A DNA stretch of 64,000 bases from Vicugna vicugna (lineage: Eukaryota). This document shows positions 1 through 12,219 of the stretch, one piece after another. The position numbers were made by a program, and so were the translations under genes. The stretch is taken from NCBI GenBank assembly GCA_013265495.1, contig MU058252.1, positions 1,150,244-1,214,243 on the forward strand, read 5' to 3'. Within the stretch, counting starts at the first letter, position 1, and each line of letters opens with the position of its first letter. The notes below the pieces were generated by a model. That model searched no databases. It was not told the origin of the DNA and was given only the letters and a program-made list of their open reading frames with translations.

Positions 1-785
1 TAAAAGGTCCAGGACCACCATCAAGAGGTGCAGGTGTCAACAAGGGCCGCACATATGGGTCAGGTATCCGCTGTCTTTGAAATGCATCTGTCCTAAGAGA
101 TGGTTTAGGAAAGTGGTCATTGGTTCCAGCTGTTAGAGGACCTTTTGCAGTTTGTTCAGAAACTATAGGAGACCGGGGTAGGCCCAAGGGTTTGGGAAAT
201 GGATCTGCCATCACAGGCCTAGGTGTGTCCGGAGGCTTTGCATAGGGGTCACTGCCTGCTGTGGAGGAAGAACACGAATCTGTGACCGGGGGCAGCCGGT
301 TTGCTGCTGTCCCACTCATCGGAGCGGGCCGAGACACCGATGACAAGGGGGCGCAGTTTTCCACCAGGGCAGCAGAATTTCTTCTGGAGAAACCATGGCC
401 CCCAGGAGGTGGCCTCGGGGTACCAACCATTTTTGCGTAAGGATCCACTGGAGATGGCGGTCGGGAGCTAGAAGAACCAGGTGAAAACACCTGCGGGGAA
501 GGCGGCTGAGAAGCCTGAGACTGCGACAGACTCTCCTGCACGGAGAGCCGAGAGGAGGCTGGAGGAGGAGGTGGAGCCTGCGGCTTTACAAACACATCGT
601 CGGAGGACACAGGAGTAGGGGTGCTGGGCATCTGCTTCGTGAACAGGTCTTTGTGGAACGACTGTGCAGGAGACATATTTCCGTTGCCAGGCTGGGGGGT
701 TGCGGGGCTCTGCACGCCGCTGCTCGGGGTGTCTGAGCCACACTGCCCCAGGAGTGGCGGAGGGCCCAGCTGCTGCTGCTGCTGT

Positions 786-816
<31 letters not shown>

Positions 817-886
817 CGCTCTTCACCTGTTCCAGCTTCTGGGTGGCTTCAATTTTAGCTTGTTGCTTACTTTTCTGGCGCATTTG
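1..886 (-). CDS. KMT2C: KMT2C exon ~36, 5' part (Pro/Gln/Ser-rich, polyQ); continues beyond window start
   Basis: Acceptor tttcaacag|CAAATG; open frame QMRQKSKQQAKIEATQKLEQVKSE(Q15)LGPPPLLGQCGSDTPSSG...DPYAKMVGTPRP...DPYAKPPDTPRP to position 1. Confidence 0.96.
770..814 (-). repeat. Coding (CAG/CAA)15 microsatellite encoding polyglutamine
   Basis: Minus strand reads (CAG)6 CAA (CAG)2 CAA (CAG)5, in frame in exon 36. Confidence 0.95.
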
Positions 887-1270
887 CTGTTGAAATAGGA
901 AAGAAAAAGCAATTACATGGTCAAGGAAGAATACAGCTGTCGTGGGGGGTGAAGGAGAGAAAAGCAACAGAACATCAACTTGTTTGATGTCATCAGCTAC
1001 CAGATCGCTGCTGTATCAGATGATAAATTCGCAGAGAAGACTGCTATTCATCACAGTATACCTAAGGTCCAGGGCTATGTCTTGTTTATAATATTTTCTT
1101 AAAACGTTCCCAAATCAACTTAAATATACATTTACTGAGAAAGACAATTTTTACAGATTTTTGTACTTGAATAAGAACTATATCTGAAATAATGACATAA
1201 GCAGCAATTTTCTCAGAAAGCAAAAATGCAATTTCAAAAGGCGAAGTCTCAAAAAAACCAAAACACATAC

Positions 1271-1453
1271 CTGTCTAAATTTCCACTCCTGTTCATGTTC
1301 TGATTCTCTTTGTTTCAGTGGATCTTTAAAAAGATCGGAATCGATGCGAGAGCTGGGATCGATGCTGTCTTGTTGCTGCTGCCTTTTCATGGAATCATTT
1401 GACATCTGTACTTTGTTAATGCGTAAGGCAGCTCTGTTATCTCTGGCTTTTTG
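1271..1453 (-). CDS. KMT2C: KMT2C exon ~35 (183 nt)
   Basis: ttttaaag|CAA...CAG|gtatgt; QKARDNRAALRINKVQMSNDSMKR...EHEQEWKFRQ. Confidence 0.96.
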
Positions 1454-2607
1454 CTTTAAAAAAAAAAAGGAAAAGAAAATTACCTCCTAGTATACATTAA
1501 TGTGTTTTAAGAAATAAAAATTAAATAAAACTGATGAACTTTGCCATATAAAAGCAAAAAGAAAAAAGTCAGGTTAAGTAGTTGAAAATAGTTGAGAACT
1601 TATAGCCTCTCATGTGAATGGATCAGGACACCACCCGCCATGTCCTCCTTGTAAAGCACGGATCAACCGAGGACATGTTTCCATCTCTCTATCTGAACCA
1701 AGCCAGGGAACCCAGACGTAATCTAATATTTTCAATCCTAATTTTCTTAACAGACGCTTCAAAAAAAGGGAAAATTAATCTCTCTCTCTATTTAGAGAAA
1801 AGGAAAATAATCAAATCAACCCTCCATTTCTAAAATCTGGAATTTGAAGCTTAACGTTAAAGAAAATCATTGAGAAATATTAAAAATACCCTGCCATTAT
1901 CTTTGCCAGTCAAGGTTAAACGAAACAAAGCATTATCAACACGTTCCTCATCCCCCCACTTTTGCTTTATCCAAGTCGTCATCATCACTGGTAATGTGGG
2001 TGTTGAAGATCAACACAGAAAACAACTGCACATGTTTTCCAAAACAAGAATATAGATTTAATATGCTTTAAAATGAAAGTAAGGATTTGGATCAAGTTGA
2101 CAATCGTAATCTGACTCTTCGGGAGAAAACAATTCACCATCTGAACTGTGAACCTTATAAAGCATCACAGTAATTCCTGGCAAACTCCATGTTTCAAAAG
2201 TCCCTTAAAGGTGTCTAGATATGTCCCTTTCAAGATACACAAAGATTCTCTACTAAAAACTAATACAAAAGCACTTATTGTGGAAGAATCTGAGGCTCAC
2301 TAATGAAGTGTCAAAATTAAGTACTCCTTCAAAGAGATAAAATAATTTTAAAGTCAAATGAATTAACCATGCTCCTAGAATAAGTGATTTCAATCTTCAA
2401 TATCCTGGGTTCTAGTAACTAGCTTACAAAAACGTCAACCTCTATATTAAGACATGATGAGAGAGGAAATCACTAAAAAACCAAAACTGTTTATTAGCTG
2501 TACAATATAAACATTCGTTTTCTGCAATGGAAAATCTTTTTATTAACCTAAGACAATAAAGTTGCAGTATTGTGTTTAAGACATAACATAGGAGTTTTTT
2601 TAAATAC

Positions 2608-2681
2608 CACGTATGGTGCTCTTTCCTGTGAGCTTGCTTTTCTCCACAACTTAGCAATCTGCTTGACTCTAGTAGTCCAGT
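2608..2681 (-). CDS. KMT2C: KMT2C exon ~34 (74 nt, HMG box)
   Basis: ttgcag|AC...GTG|gtattt; DWTTRVKQIAKLWRKASSQERAPYV. Confidence 0.95.
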
Positions 2682-4321
2682 CTGCAACAGAAAAACACAG
2701 TATACAAATTTACAGAACCACAGTAATGGCGTGTCTTAATAAAAAGTTTGACAAACTGCAAACAGTTATACTTACTCTATCTGTATTTTCATAAATTAAG
2801 AGTCCTATACTTAGTTCTTGTACAGTATAAAGTTCCTGGCACACAGTAGGCCAAACAGTTTCTGAATGGAGTGTTGCTTTATTAACAATCTCACTTGCAT
2901 GGTTGGCAAGGTTTTAAATCAAAGGTCTCAGCAGCCAAGATAAGGTTAAGCCAAATATAATATATTCCCTTAACCATGTAAGATGCTACCAGAACCAAAG
3001 CTACAAGTTTTGGGAACACCTGTGCTCAAGAGAAGCCTGTCCATTTGACCAAAAGAAGCAATCGTTATTAAAAATGAGCATCACACCAGCATTTGTGCAG
3101 AACAAAGACAGGGAAAAGCAATGATGTCAAGTCATTCCTATGAAATTCAATGTCAAGACAGTACACAAAATGAAGTTTGGATGAGATCAGCAGTCAGCAA
3201 TAAATGTAGAAATGATTTAGCCCATATTCAAATACAAAAGAAAAAAAAACTTTGAAAAAGCCAGTAAGAATGGCAATCAGTTGATAGATCAACAGCCTTA
3301 ACATGATATTTCATGAGGTTCTAGAATCACATAGTACATTTGTCAAAGAAAATTATTTAAAAATTACAAAAACAAAAACAAAAATGAAAAATTACAGCTG
3401 TACTCCAAGGACAATTTATACCGACACAAAGTGACTTAATATAACTAGACATGCTCATCTTTAAATAGCAAATAAAAGTGTGCTTTAAAATAAAATACTT
3501 GTGTTTGTTGCTTTAACAGACATCTCTGCACTAAACCACTGATTTCTACTGTTAGATAGGGTAGTACTATTTCTATGTAGAATAAAGAACTGCAAGGGAG
3601 ACAAATCAAAAAAGCACCTAAAAAGACAGGGGTCATCCTTAAAAATTTCCTTTCTAGATACCCCTCTAGCAATTTGAAAGAACCATGTGTTGACAGCTGG
3701 GAAACTACTGCAAGACAGTTTAAATGCCCTTTTCAAATTCCAGTTTGTCTTGCAACATGAACTCAAGATAATAAATCAGCATTTGCTTACAAATATTCTA
3801 TAAGTGATATTTCATTCATCCTCTGGTTAATCAGAACTTTCAGAAATGGTACCACTGTACCATCTGCTTTTTTTTTCAAATGGGCTGGACAGTTGGGGAG
3901 AAGAGGAGATAATACTGAGTTAGTTTCAGAGTGAACAATACTTAGTATTGAGTCTGATTGAGCCTAACTTGATACTTCCGATTAAATGGTAAGCTTCTAT
4001 TCTAGGAATTTTTTTTTTTGTAGAATTACACACATAACACAATACTGACTGCTAGGAGCTAAAGTCACTTCATTAACTGAAATTAACTTTTGGGAGATAT
4101 GCAAATGGATACAGAGCTTAGGAGCAAGAAAATGGAAGATGTTTCTAGATACCTAGGGAGTTTTCACACCGTGCAGTCACACTAGATAAAAATTAGTGAC
4201 GATAAACGGGCTCTCTATGGTTGTAAGAAATAAAAAAAACAAAAACAAAAACAAAAATAAAACTGTCATTAACCAAGCAGGAAGCTGGTGACATGGAAAG
4301 CAGTGAGTGTCCATGACTCAC

Positions 4322-4536
4322 CAGGGAATTCCTCCTTGAGGTTGGGGAAATTGACATTTGTGTAGAGAACCGGAGCCACTGTCGCCATCTCACCCAGGGC
4401 CTCCTCTTTCTCCCACTTGAGTGTACTTCGCTGGGCGTTTGACATTGTATCGCTTTCTCCCTCCACGGTGGGAGCCGATGAGGTCCAAGAGCTGGTAGGG
4501 TCACTTGCCATTGGATTAAATGCTGGGTTTTTATCC
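4322..4536 (-). CDS. KMT2C: KMT2C exon ~33 (215 nt, start of HMG-box region)
   Basis: tgccag|G...CCTG|gtgagt; DKNPAFNPMASDP...STLKWEKEEALGEMATVAPVLYTNVNFPNLKEEFP. Confidence 0.96.
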
Positions 4537-4758
4537 CTGGCAAATAAACAACTTTACTTCATAAGCAGAAAATAACTTTCAAAATACTATGGTCAAGTAC
4601 AATTTCATTAAACTTATTATTACAAAGTAACGATGATTTCTTACTCAAGATTCCAATAAATGTTAACTACTAACACTGTGCACAATAACTTAGACTAATT
4701 AATATTTAGATAACAAAAATGATTTCAGTTTCCATAGAAAGGGAAGGCTTTAAAATAC

Positions 4759-4891
4759 CTGGCATCAGTGTAGGGGGACTGTGCTATGGCAGAGAAAGCT
4801 CCCAATCCACTTCCAGGAGGCAAAGAATTATGAGGGAGATGAGGACTGGGTCCAATAAGGCCATTCATGAGTGGCATCCGAGAAAAAACAT
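4759..4891 (-). CDS. KMT2C: KMT2C exon ~32 (133 nt)
   Basis: ttcaag|AT...GCCAG|gtattt; DVFSRMPLMNGLIGPSPHLPHNSLPPGSGLGAFSAIAQSPYTDAR. Confidence 0.95.
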
Positions 4892-5789
4892 CTTGAAAGA
4901 GGAAAACAATAATTCAGTTTGCATATTACTAAAAATAATTTTAAAGTAACAGAAATATTTCTGAAGAAAAATTGTAAAATGACTTAAAGGTAGGATTTCC
5001 CCCACAATATTATACTATAAAATGTTTAAAGAGTGAGTTCGAGTTATAAAATTTTGAAACCTGGTCTCTGTGATTCTGTTTACTTCGTAATGGTATACTG
5101 CAAGTAGCATGTGTGTTGTGGTCTGGCAGCCCTGGGCTTGAATCTTAATTCTGCTACTTGCCAGAAGCAGAACAATCACTATTTCTATAAAACGAAGGTG
5201 TCCTGTAACGTAACTGGCATGCTGTGTGTTCCCAGCAAGCGTGCAGTACAGACTAACTCTACAAAAAGAATGAGTCTCAACAAACGCTAGTAAGTTTTAT
5301 CAAATACTCTATCTCTTCTTCAATCAAAATTTACAAACAGATGCTCCTTATATAAAAAACCACCCATTATTCTTAAATCGGTACTTTCTCTAAAGTGGTT
5401 TGGAACAACAAGCGGTATTCCATCTACCATCATCAGTTAGGGGAATACTGCTAAAGACACATCCACTCTGACTGTGACCTCGCTTGCATTACTTGCAGTT
5501 TCAGCCCCAACTACACTGTAATTCTCACTGCAGCTTATTCACAAGCTCCAAATACCTTTTCATCTTCTTTCTAAACAAACATTATTAAGCAAACCATAAT
5601 AAGACCAACTTGTGTTTCCCTGTAACTCTCCTCAAGCTTGTAACTCCAACCCTTATGGTGACTTCCTACTCTTCTAAACTACTTGGAAATAAGCCAACCG
5701 ACCTTATCCAAGCAGTGTTTTTTTGTTGTTGTTTTGTTTTGTTTTTTTGGGGGGGGGGAGTGGAGGAGGGATGACTTTTTTCTGTGTAT

Positions 5790-5917
5790 CTTCAAAAACT
5801 GTCTCTATAAACTCATTGTGGTAATCATTTCATGATGAACATCAAATCATTACACTGTACATCTGAAACTGACACAGTGTTGTATGTCCATTGTATCTCA
5901 ATAAAACTGGGAGAAAA
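5790..5917 (+). mobile_element. Old L1 (L1M-type) 3' end fragment
   Basis: ...aaatcattacactgtacatctgaaactgacacagtgttgtatgtccattgtatctcaataaaactgg resembles an L1M 3' terminus. Confidence 0.65.
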
Positions 5918-6629
5918 GCCTTCCAACTCAGCAAGTAATAAATACATGGCCTCTACTGTTACAACACTCGGAACAATATTAGGAGATCTACATCACCAAT
6001 AAATTACACAAATGAAACACAGTTGCAGAGTTGGTTAATACTTGGCATACCTGGTGGAATGATGGAGAACTCCTAGTCTGGCCACATGCCACCCAATTAG
6101 GAAAAAGAGTAACGAAGAGAGTGTCTTGCTCACAGAACGTTCCACGTTGTACAATGTCTTTCAGCTAAACCAGACCCTCTATTACAACTAACTCTCCAGT
6201 TCCTGTCCGAGGACACTGGGCCGACTGCCTGCAAGTTCTCAGGCTTTTGTCTCAAGGACAATGGTCCTGGAGCCATTCCAGGCTGAAGCCTGCCCTGCGA
6301 AGTGGCAGAACTGGCCCGCTGGATCTGAGCTCCACAAGGAGCGTCTCAGGACACTTCAGCTCACTCCAGGGATTAGAGTAAGGAGCAAGATCTCTGCATT
6401 TATTCCAAGCAGAATGCTACCTTTCTTTCCAACTTCAGTGAAAAGCAGGTTCCATTAAGGAATATGAGACTTTACTGAAAACTATCAAATGTCACTAGGA
6501 AACACAGAAGCTTCCTTACTGGTAAGCAGAACGTGGCCCGGCCTGCAGCTCTCTCTCAGCGCCGACGACTGTAACCGCGATGCAACCACACTGCAATCTT
6601 ACCCCAGAATAACAGCCAGCACCGACCAG

Positions 6630-6780
6630 CACTTTCCCGAACGCCCAGCACTGTTCTAAAGGCCTTACATGTGTGAATTAACCCTCTGGTCCTCACAATA
6701 ACCCTGCAAAAAGCGTTATTCCATGTAGCCCCATTTATGCAAAAAGACCCAGAGAAATTCAATAAATTACTTATTCAAGC
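6630..6780 (-). mobile_element. MIR fragment
   Basis: cagcactgttctaaaggccttacatgtg...cctcacaataaccctg...ccccatttatgca resembles the antisense MIR core. Confidence 0.6.
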
Positions 6781-9661
6781 AAAATGTAAAGCGTTTTCCC
6801 CGTATTACTTTTTTAATTAGGAGCTGGTCTCCCTACTCCCACCTCAAGTCTACTGTATCTCCCCAACCTGGTCCTATCTTCTTCATGGCATGAATCATGG
6901 AAAGAATGGAAAAGTCACTTCATGTAACTTTCACTTAAAGTAATTCCAAGTTACTCTTGTCAGCCTTCTGGAAATTTCCTTTCTCCACGTTCTGACCTTC
7001 TGTAGAACTGTCACCACATCACCCTCTGCCACTGGCCCATTCCCACCCCTCCCATTAAACTGTTCTACTAAAGAGCACAACAATCTTATAATCCAATGAA
7101 ACAATGTCTTTCAAGCACTCACCCCACTTTACAATCTGTCTAATGATCATCATTTCTAAGGTCCTATACCTCTCACTCACTATTTCAATCTCAGTTTTTT
7201 TTTTTCACTTTCGCCTAACCCTTAAAAGAGGGGATGAAAAGGAGCATGTAATTGCATGCCTAATATAAATAAGTGGAGTTAAGCAAATAACTCATTACAC
7301 TGAATTAAAAAGACTTCTTCAAGTGTCTAAACTCTACTGGCAGTTTGTTTTCTTAAGAAATCTCACCCTTCCCACAACTTCAATCAGTACCACTACACGG
7401 GTGATTCCTACATTTGCATCTATAGCCTTGAACAACTACAATCCCCGGTAAATCCCAACAATGTGTGTCTGTCTCCCTTTTCTAACAAACTGAAAATGGC
7501 TTAAAAGTAAATACATTTTATGCCCACTACTGCCCGCCACCATCCTCTACAACACACGCGCGCGCACACACACACAGAGTCTTCTTTGTTCCCCGTTTCT
7601 AGTTTCCTGCATGACTGGTTACCCTCTACGCAAGCCTGACTTACACAGTCTAATTCCGTCACATCCCCCCTTGTCCTCACAGCTTGCATCCATTCAGTAG
7701 CACAACCCTACTTATTCTAACATTACTGCCTCTCAAATCCATCTCCTCCTTTCAACACTGGAGATAAATTTACATGGAACCCAAATTTTCACTCAGTCCC
7801 AACTGCAATCAACGCGTCAGTACAACCCTTCATGTCTCGAATTCACTTCCTCTACTGACATCAGAGCTACTGTGCCAAAACACGTAACCCGTCAGGTCAC
7901 CTCAGACCTGGAGGAAAAAGGCCAACTGCCAATGCACAGCTTCCAGAGCTGCCTAACACCATCTATCCCCAGTGTGCACCTTCTAGCTTTGTCTCCTTAA
8001 ACACTTTCTACCTACCCCTCTCCCTTCGCTCTGGAAAATGTTAAAAGTTGCCATTCTTGAGTACCTGTGTGTCACCCTATATGTGACCTGATCATGCTTT
8101 ATCCTTAAATTAGAATTATAATTCTTTCAAACATGAACGTTGAAATTGTAGTGACTCTTAAGGCTCCATGTGAATTATGCTCCAGTGTAATACAAATCAG
8201 TTGCACACCTGAACGTCTATGACACTAGGCTTATAAGTTCTTGTGGGTATACAGCCTTATTCATTTCTGTATTACATACAAGCACCTAGCCAAAAAACAA
8301 AACAAAACAGACAAACAAAAAAAATCCCCTCAAAACCTTTTCAAAAATGAGGCTGCACAGTAAAATGATTTAAACAATTGTAAAACTTAAGAAATGCATC
8401 CTTAACTGATTTGATTTCTAAAATACATACTTTTAGTTTCAGGAAACACTTATATATTAAGAGAAATACTGAATAGTTCTTAATCATTAAGAAAGCATAT
8501 AGGAACAACTAAGGCAAGAAGCACTTATGAGGAGTCTGTTTTATTCAAATGTAAATCCTATGTTTAGTCTAGGAAAAATCAAGGTAAATTCATGTTTAGA
8601 GGATAAAATGAAACTAAAATATTTTAATTATGTGCATTATAGAATTTTTCATGTATACACCAAATTGGTAGTAAAGATAACATTAAATTATTTGCACATT
8701 TCAGCACTTACAATGAAAACAGTGTATGAGTGTATAAAAACATCATTATTCAACTCTGTACAGAATTGTGAAGCAGTGACAACAGGATACATAGAAATGA
8801 CCCAATGCTCAAATTATCAGCACGCACCACCACAGGACTACTCCAAGCTCCTGCCTACAGGAAAATGCCAAATCTGCAACACTATCTCCTTCCCTACTCC
8901 CACAAACTTTGATTCTAAGCTATCAGATTGCAGCTCTCCAGAAAGAAGGAGAAAGTAAAGCTTTCAACTTATTTTATAATGAGTTCCAAGCAGGTAGAAG
9001 AAAATGAGCCAAAGAACACAGGCTAATTTTCACAGAAACAGGAACGTCACAGTCAACAGCGGTAGAAAGGCTGGTGGTTTACTCTGAAAGGCTGTTCTGA
9101 GGACATATACTGTGTGTGGCAAAGTACACAGTGAAGACAGATGTGGCCCCAGCCTCCAAGGAGCTCGCAATAAAAAGGAAAACTACAATTACCCAAACGG
9201 GCACTCATATTTGCACCACCTGCTACTGATGAAAAGCACGGGGACAGCTGTTAAGGTGGCGATTTGTTCATCACTGAGGAGCGACAGTGAAACTGAGACC
9301 AGATGAATGAGTCCAAGGCAGCCAGGGGAGTGGCAGCAGTTCTCCAAACATTTTTGCAGGAAAGACTGAGTGACAGTGAGCTAGGACTGAGACAGGGGAA
9401 GGGAAGAATGCAGGCACTGTTAAAACTGGCACTGCCAATAAAGCGAGCAAAAGCATTCTGGTCATGAAGTGAATCATAGATTTCCAGAGGATACCAGGTG
9501 TGTAACTGAGATAAGTTCAGAGATGAGTATTTTTCCATCATTACAAAAGAGGACTTTTCCCGTCAGTTTGTATACACTGCTGTTAAGGGACGGGGCTGAA
9601 TTTCACATTAGTGAACACACTGCAGAACCATACTTACGACACTTTTCTAGAGGCGACGTAC

Positions 9662-9787
9662 CCTGGCTGTGTAAGGGCAGCAGCTGCGGTGCAGGGGGAG
9701 GCGGTGGCTGTGGTAACGGGGCTGGCTGCGTGGTTGCAGGACTAAGCACAGCGGTAAACAAGTCCTCAACATCCTTTCCTCCAAGCT
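9662..9787 (-). CDS. KMT2C: KMT2C exon ~31 (126 nt; possible alternative donor extends it to 9638)
   Basis: ctcgtag|AG...CAGG|gtacgt; ELGGKDVEDLFTAVLSPATTQPAPLPQPPPPPAPQLLPLHSQ. Confidence 0.92.
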
Positions 9788-9887
9788 CTACGAGAGAAAA
9801 TTGTAATGACCACAAGAGCAAAAGACTGTTAGAGCCATAGCATAGGCAATGCCATTTTCATAAACTAAAAAATCAGAACACAAATAC

Positions 9888-9920
9888 CTGGAATTTTATA
9901 TAACTTTCCAAGAATTGCTC
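9888..9920 (-). CDS. KMT2C: KMT2C exon ~30 (33-nt micro-exon)
   Basis: tcctag|GA...CCAG|gtattt; GAILGKLYKIP. Confidence 0.93.
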
Positions 9921-10101
9921 CTAGGATAAAAAAAGAAATGGAAACATTAACAATTACCATCTCAATATACGCAAACAAAATTGCATTTGACATAGAAATG
10001 ATCAGAATAGAAGTTAAATTATAAGTAAGCATGCAGAAATCTTTGAAAATCATATTTACTCATGTCTTTTAGAAAACCTAGATGTAGGGCAAATATTTTA
10101 C

Positions 10102-10239
10102 CATCTGTGACCATTTTGTCTAGTTCAGGACTGAGGATTCCATCTAGCTGCTCCTCACTCAATGGTCGCGAACTCTGAGTGACACTCGGCTGGGGCAACG
10201 AGGAAGGATCATCAGCGACAGGACCGATATCCATTCCAG
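10102..10239 (-). CDS. KMT2C: KMT2C exon ~29 (138 nt)
   Basis: cctctag|CTGGAATGGATATC...GATG|gtaaaa; AGMDIGPVADDPSSLPQPSVTQSSRPLSEEQLDGILSPELDKMVTD. Confidence 0.9.
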
Positions 10240-11597
10240 CTAGAGGAGCAAGGCACAGTGATAAAACGTGAGTTCTGAATACTCATGACACTACACACCT
10301 GCATTAATGCACAACACAGGATCAAAATACGCAACAAAAAGCCTGTAATTCTGAACTAATCTGGATTCTTGTATCCATCCGGATAGTCAATCAGTAAAAA
10401 TCAGGCACAATGTATCTGTAAACTTAGGTCCCCCTTAAAGTTATATTTTAATCAAAGCAAATACATTTCCTGAGGAACAAAAGAGCACATCTGGTTCTAA
10501 ATTGCTAATTTCCACACGAAAAACTAAGCATCATATTATTAAGACAGGAATCTCCAAGAATCAATACACAATGTTCAACATACAAGTAACGGCTTTAACT
10601 TGGAAAACTGATTTCAAATGCATGGTCCAACTATCACATGCAGTTTGTGAAACAATTAAATTTCACACAAATTAATGGAAAGTGCTAAAATTGTTAATTA
10701 ATGCTTAGTAAAAATTATCCTTTTGTGAATAATTTCTACTACAGATCGTATTTTTGAAATATTCTGTACTCACAAATGAGATACAGATTATATTTAAAAC
10801 AGGCTTTATCTCATATAAACTGGTTTTTAGGCAAAAGTCACATTTAAACATGGTCTACCATCTACTTTCTTTAACATGCTTTCTCAATATTATCCAAAAG
10901 TAAAACTTCGTCTGCTCTTATCTGAACTCTAGAACACTTGGGTAATACTACAAGTTATATATTAACAAAAATAAGACCATTCATTCGTTCAAAATAAAAA
11001 AGAACACTACAGAGAAAGTCATCCAAAGCACAGTACAGTTGTACCATGCTTTAGCCGCACACACAGAGGGAAAAGCAAGGTATGGATTAGTGACAAATTA
11101 GCACTATAAAACAAATACACATGCACCTACAGGTTGTTTCAGCTGAAATCACTATGGGGGGGAAAAAGACTACTTCTAGTCAGCCGTCATCCATTGCTCA
11201 ATTTCTTACCAAATGGAAAAGGTGAGCTCTCAACCTGGAAAGTGCATAAATCAAGACCTACAAGACCCAAACCAAATAAAATGGATGATTACCACATGAG
11301 CGGGAGTGAGGGGCAATGCAAACAAAAGAAGAAATAAGATACAGCAGGACTCAAGGCAACAAGCCTTCAACCGGATGCAATTAGAAAGACAACGGAAATT
11401 AACTAGCTTGCTAACTTGCTATTTCTCTATTAAACAGGAAGGCCAAGGTAGATCAAATAAAATGATGAGTTCTTTGACAATGCCAAAAAAAAAAAATTTT
11501 CTTTTTTCAGTTTCAGAGAAAAAGACTAAGCTTGTTTCACACACATAAACCTCTCACATCACAAAACAGACACTAGGCAAATAGCATTCATATATAC

Positions 11598-11702
11598 CTG
11601 AATGATCAACTGATTTTGCAAGGTCATCTGAAATTATTCCAAGAATGTCCTCATCTGTGTTTAAGACTTCAGAAATATCAGCTAAGGGGTCATCAGCAGT
11701 AC
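11598..11702 (-). CDS. KMT2C: KMT2C exon ~28 (105 nt)
   Basis: gctcag|GT...TCAG|gtatat; GTADDPLADISEVLNTDEDILGIISDDLAKSVDHS. Confidence 0.94.
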
Positions 11703-12059
11703 CTGAGCACAGTGAGTAAAAATACTTAGTGAGTCTATTTTCCTAGCCAGTAAGTTCTAAAACGCTCTCACTCATCTAACCGTTTACTAAATACTTTTAA
11801 GAGTATAGCAGGTGCTGAGGGAGGTATCAGAATTATAAAAAGATTATTACTTCTAAACCAAGGAATTTTTCATAGAGAAGGCAGTCAACTTTTTGAATAA
11901 GAAAACATTAAAAATTAATACTGTTTTGATTTTGTGGCTGCCATATATTAACAATAAAGTAAAATTTAATATAAAAACCTACAATAAAGGTAATAACATA
12001 AACAACACCGGGGAGAGGGGCATCAAGCCTTACATGGTCAAAAATCTGAATGTAACTTA

Positions 12060-12190
12060 CAGTGAGCCCTCCCCATCCCCATTTCCACGTCTGCAGAGTC
12101 AACCAACCATGGACTGCTTAGGAATGCTGTACACATTTAGTGAAAAAAATCCTCATGTAAGAGGGCATTTGCTGTTCAAGGGTCAACCGG
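12060..12190. mobile_element. TcMar-Tigger (Tigger2/MER8-like) fragment
   Basis: cagtgagccctcc...tcaaccaacc and a terminal gaaaaaaatcctcatgtaag...tgttcaagggtcaaccg resembling the Tigger2 terminal inverted repeat. Confidence 0.6.
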
Positions 12191-12219
12191 GTAACGGAAG
12201 TCGTTGGAGGGTTGACGCC

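Noticed and set aside
621..893. Plus-strand ORFs with poly-Cys (621..893) and poly-Ala (664..858)
   Set aside because: Antisense reading frames of the KMT2C CAG repeat; no independent gene evidence.
6051..6077. Possible 27-nt micro-exon (ccag|ACTAGG...CCAG|gtatgc)
   Set aside because: Good donor, but no adjacent pyrimidine tract at the acceptor; too weak to report.
8527..8958. 143-aa plus-strand intronic ORF
   Set aside because: AT-rich composition, no recognisable domain, no gene context; consistent with chance.
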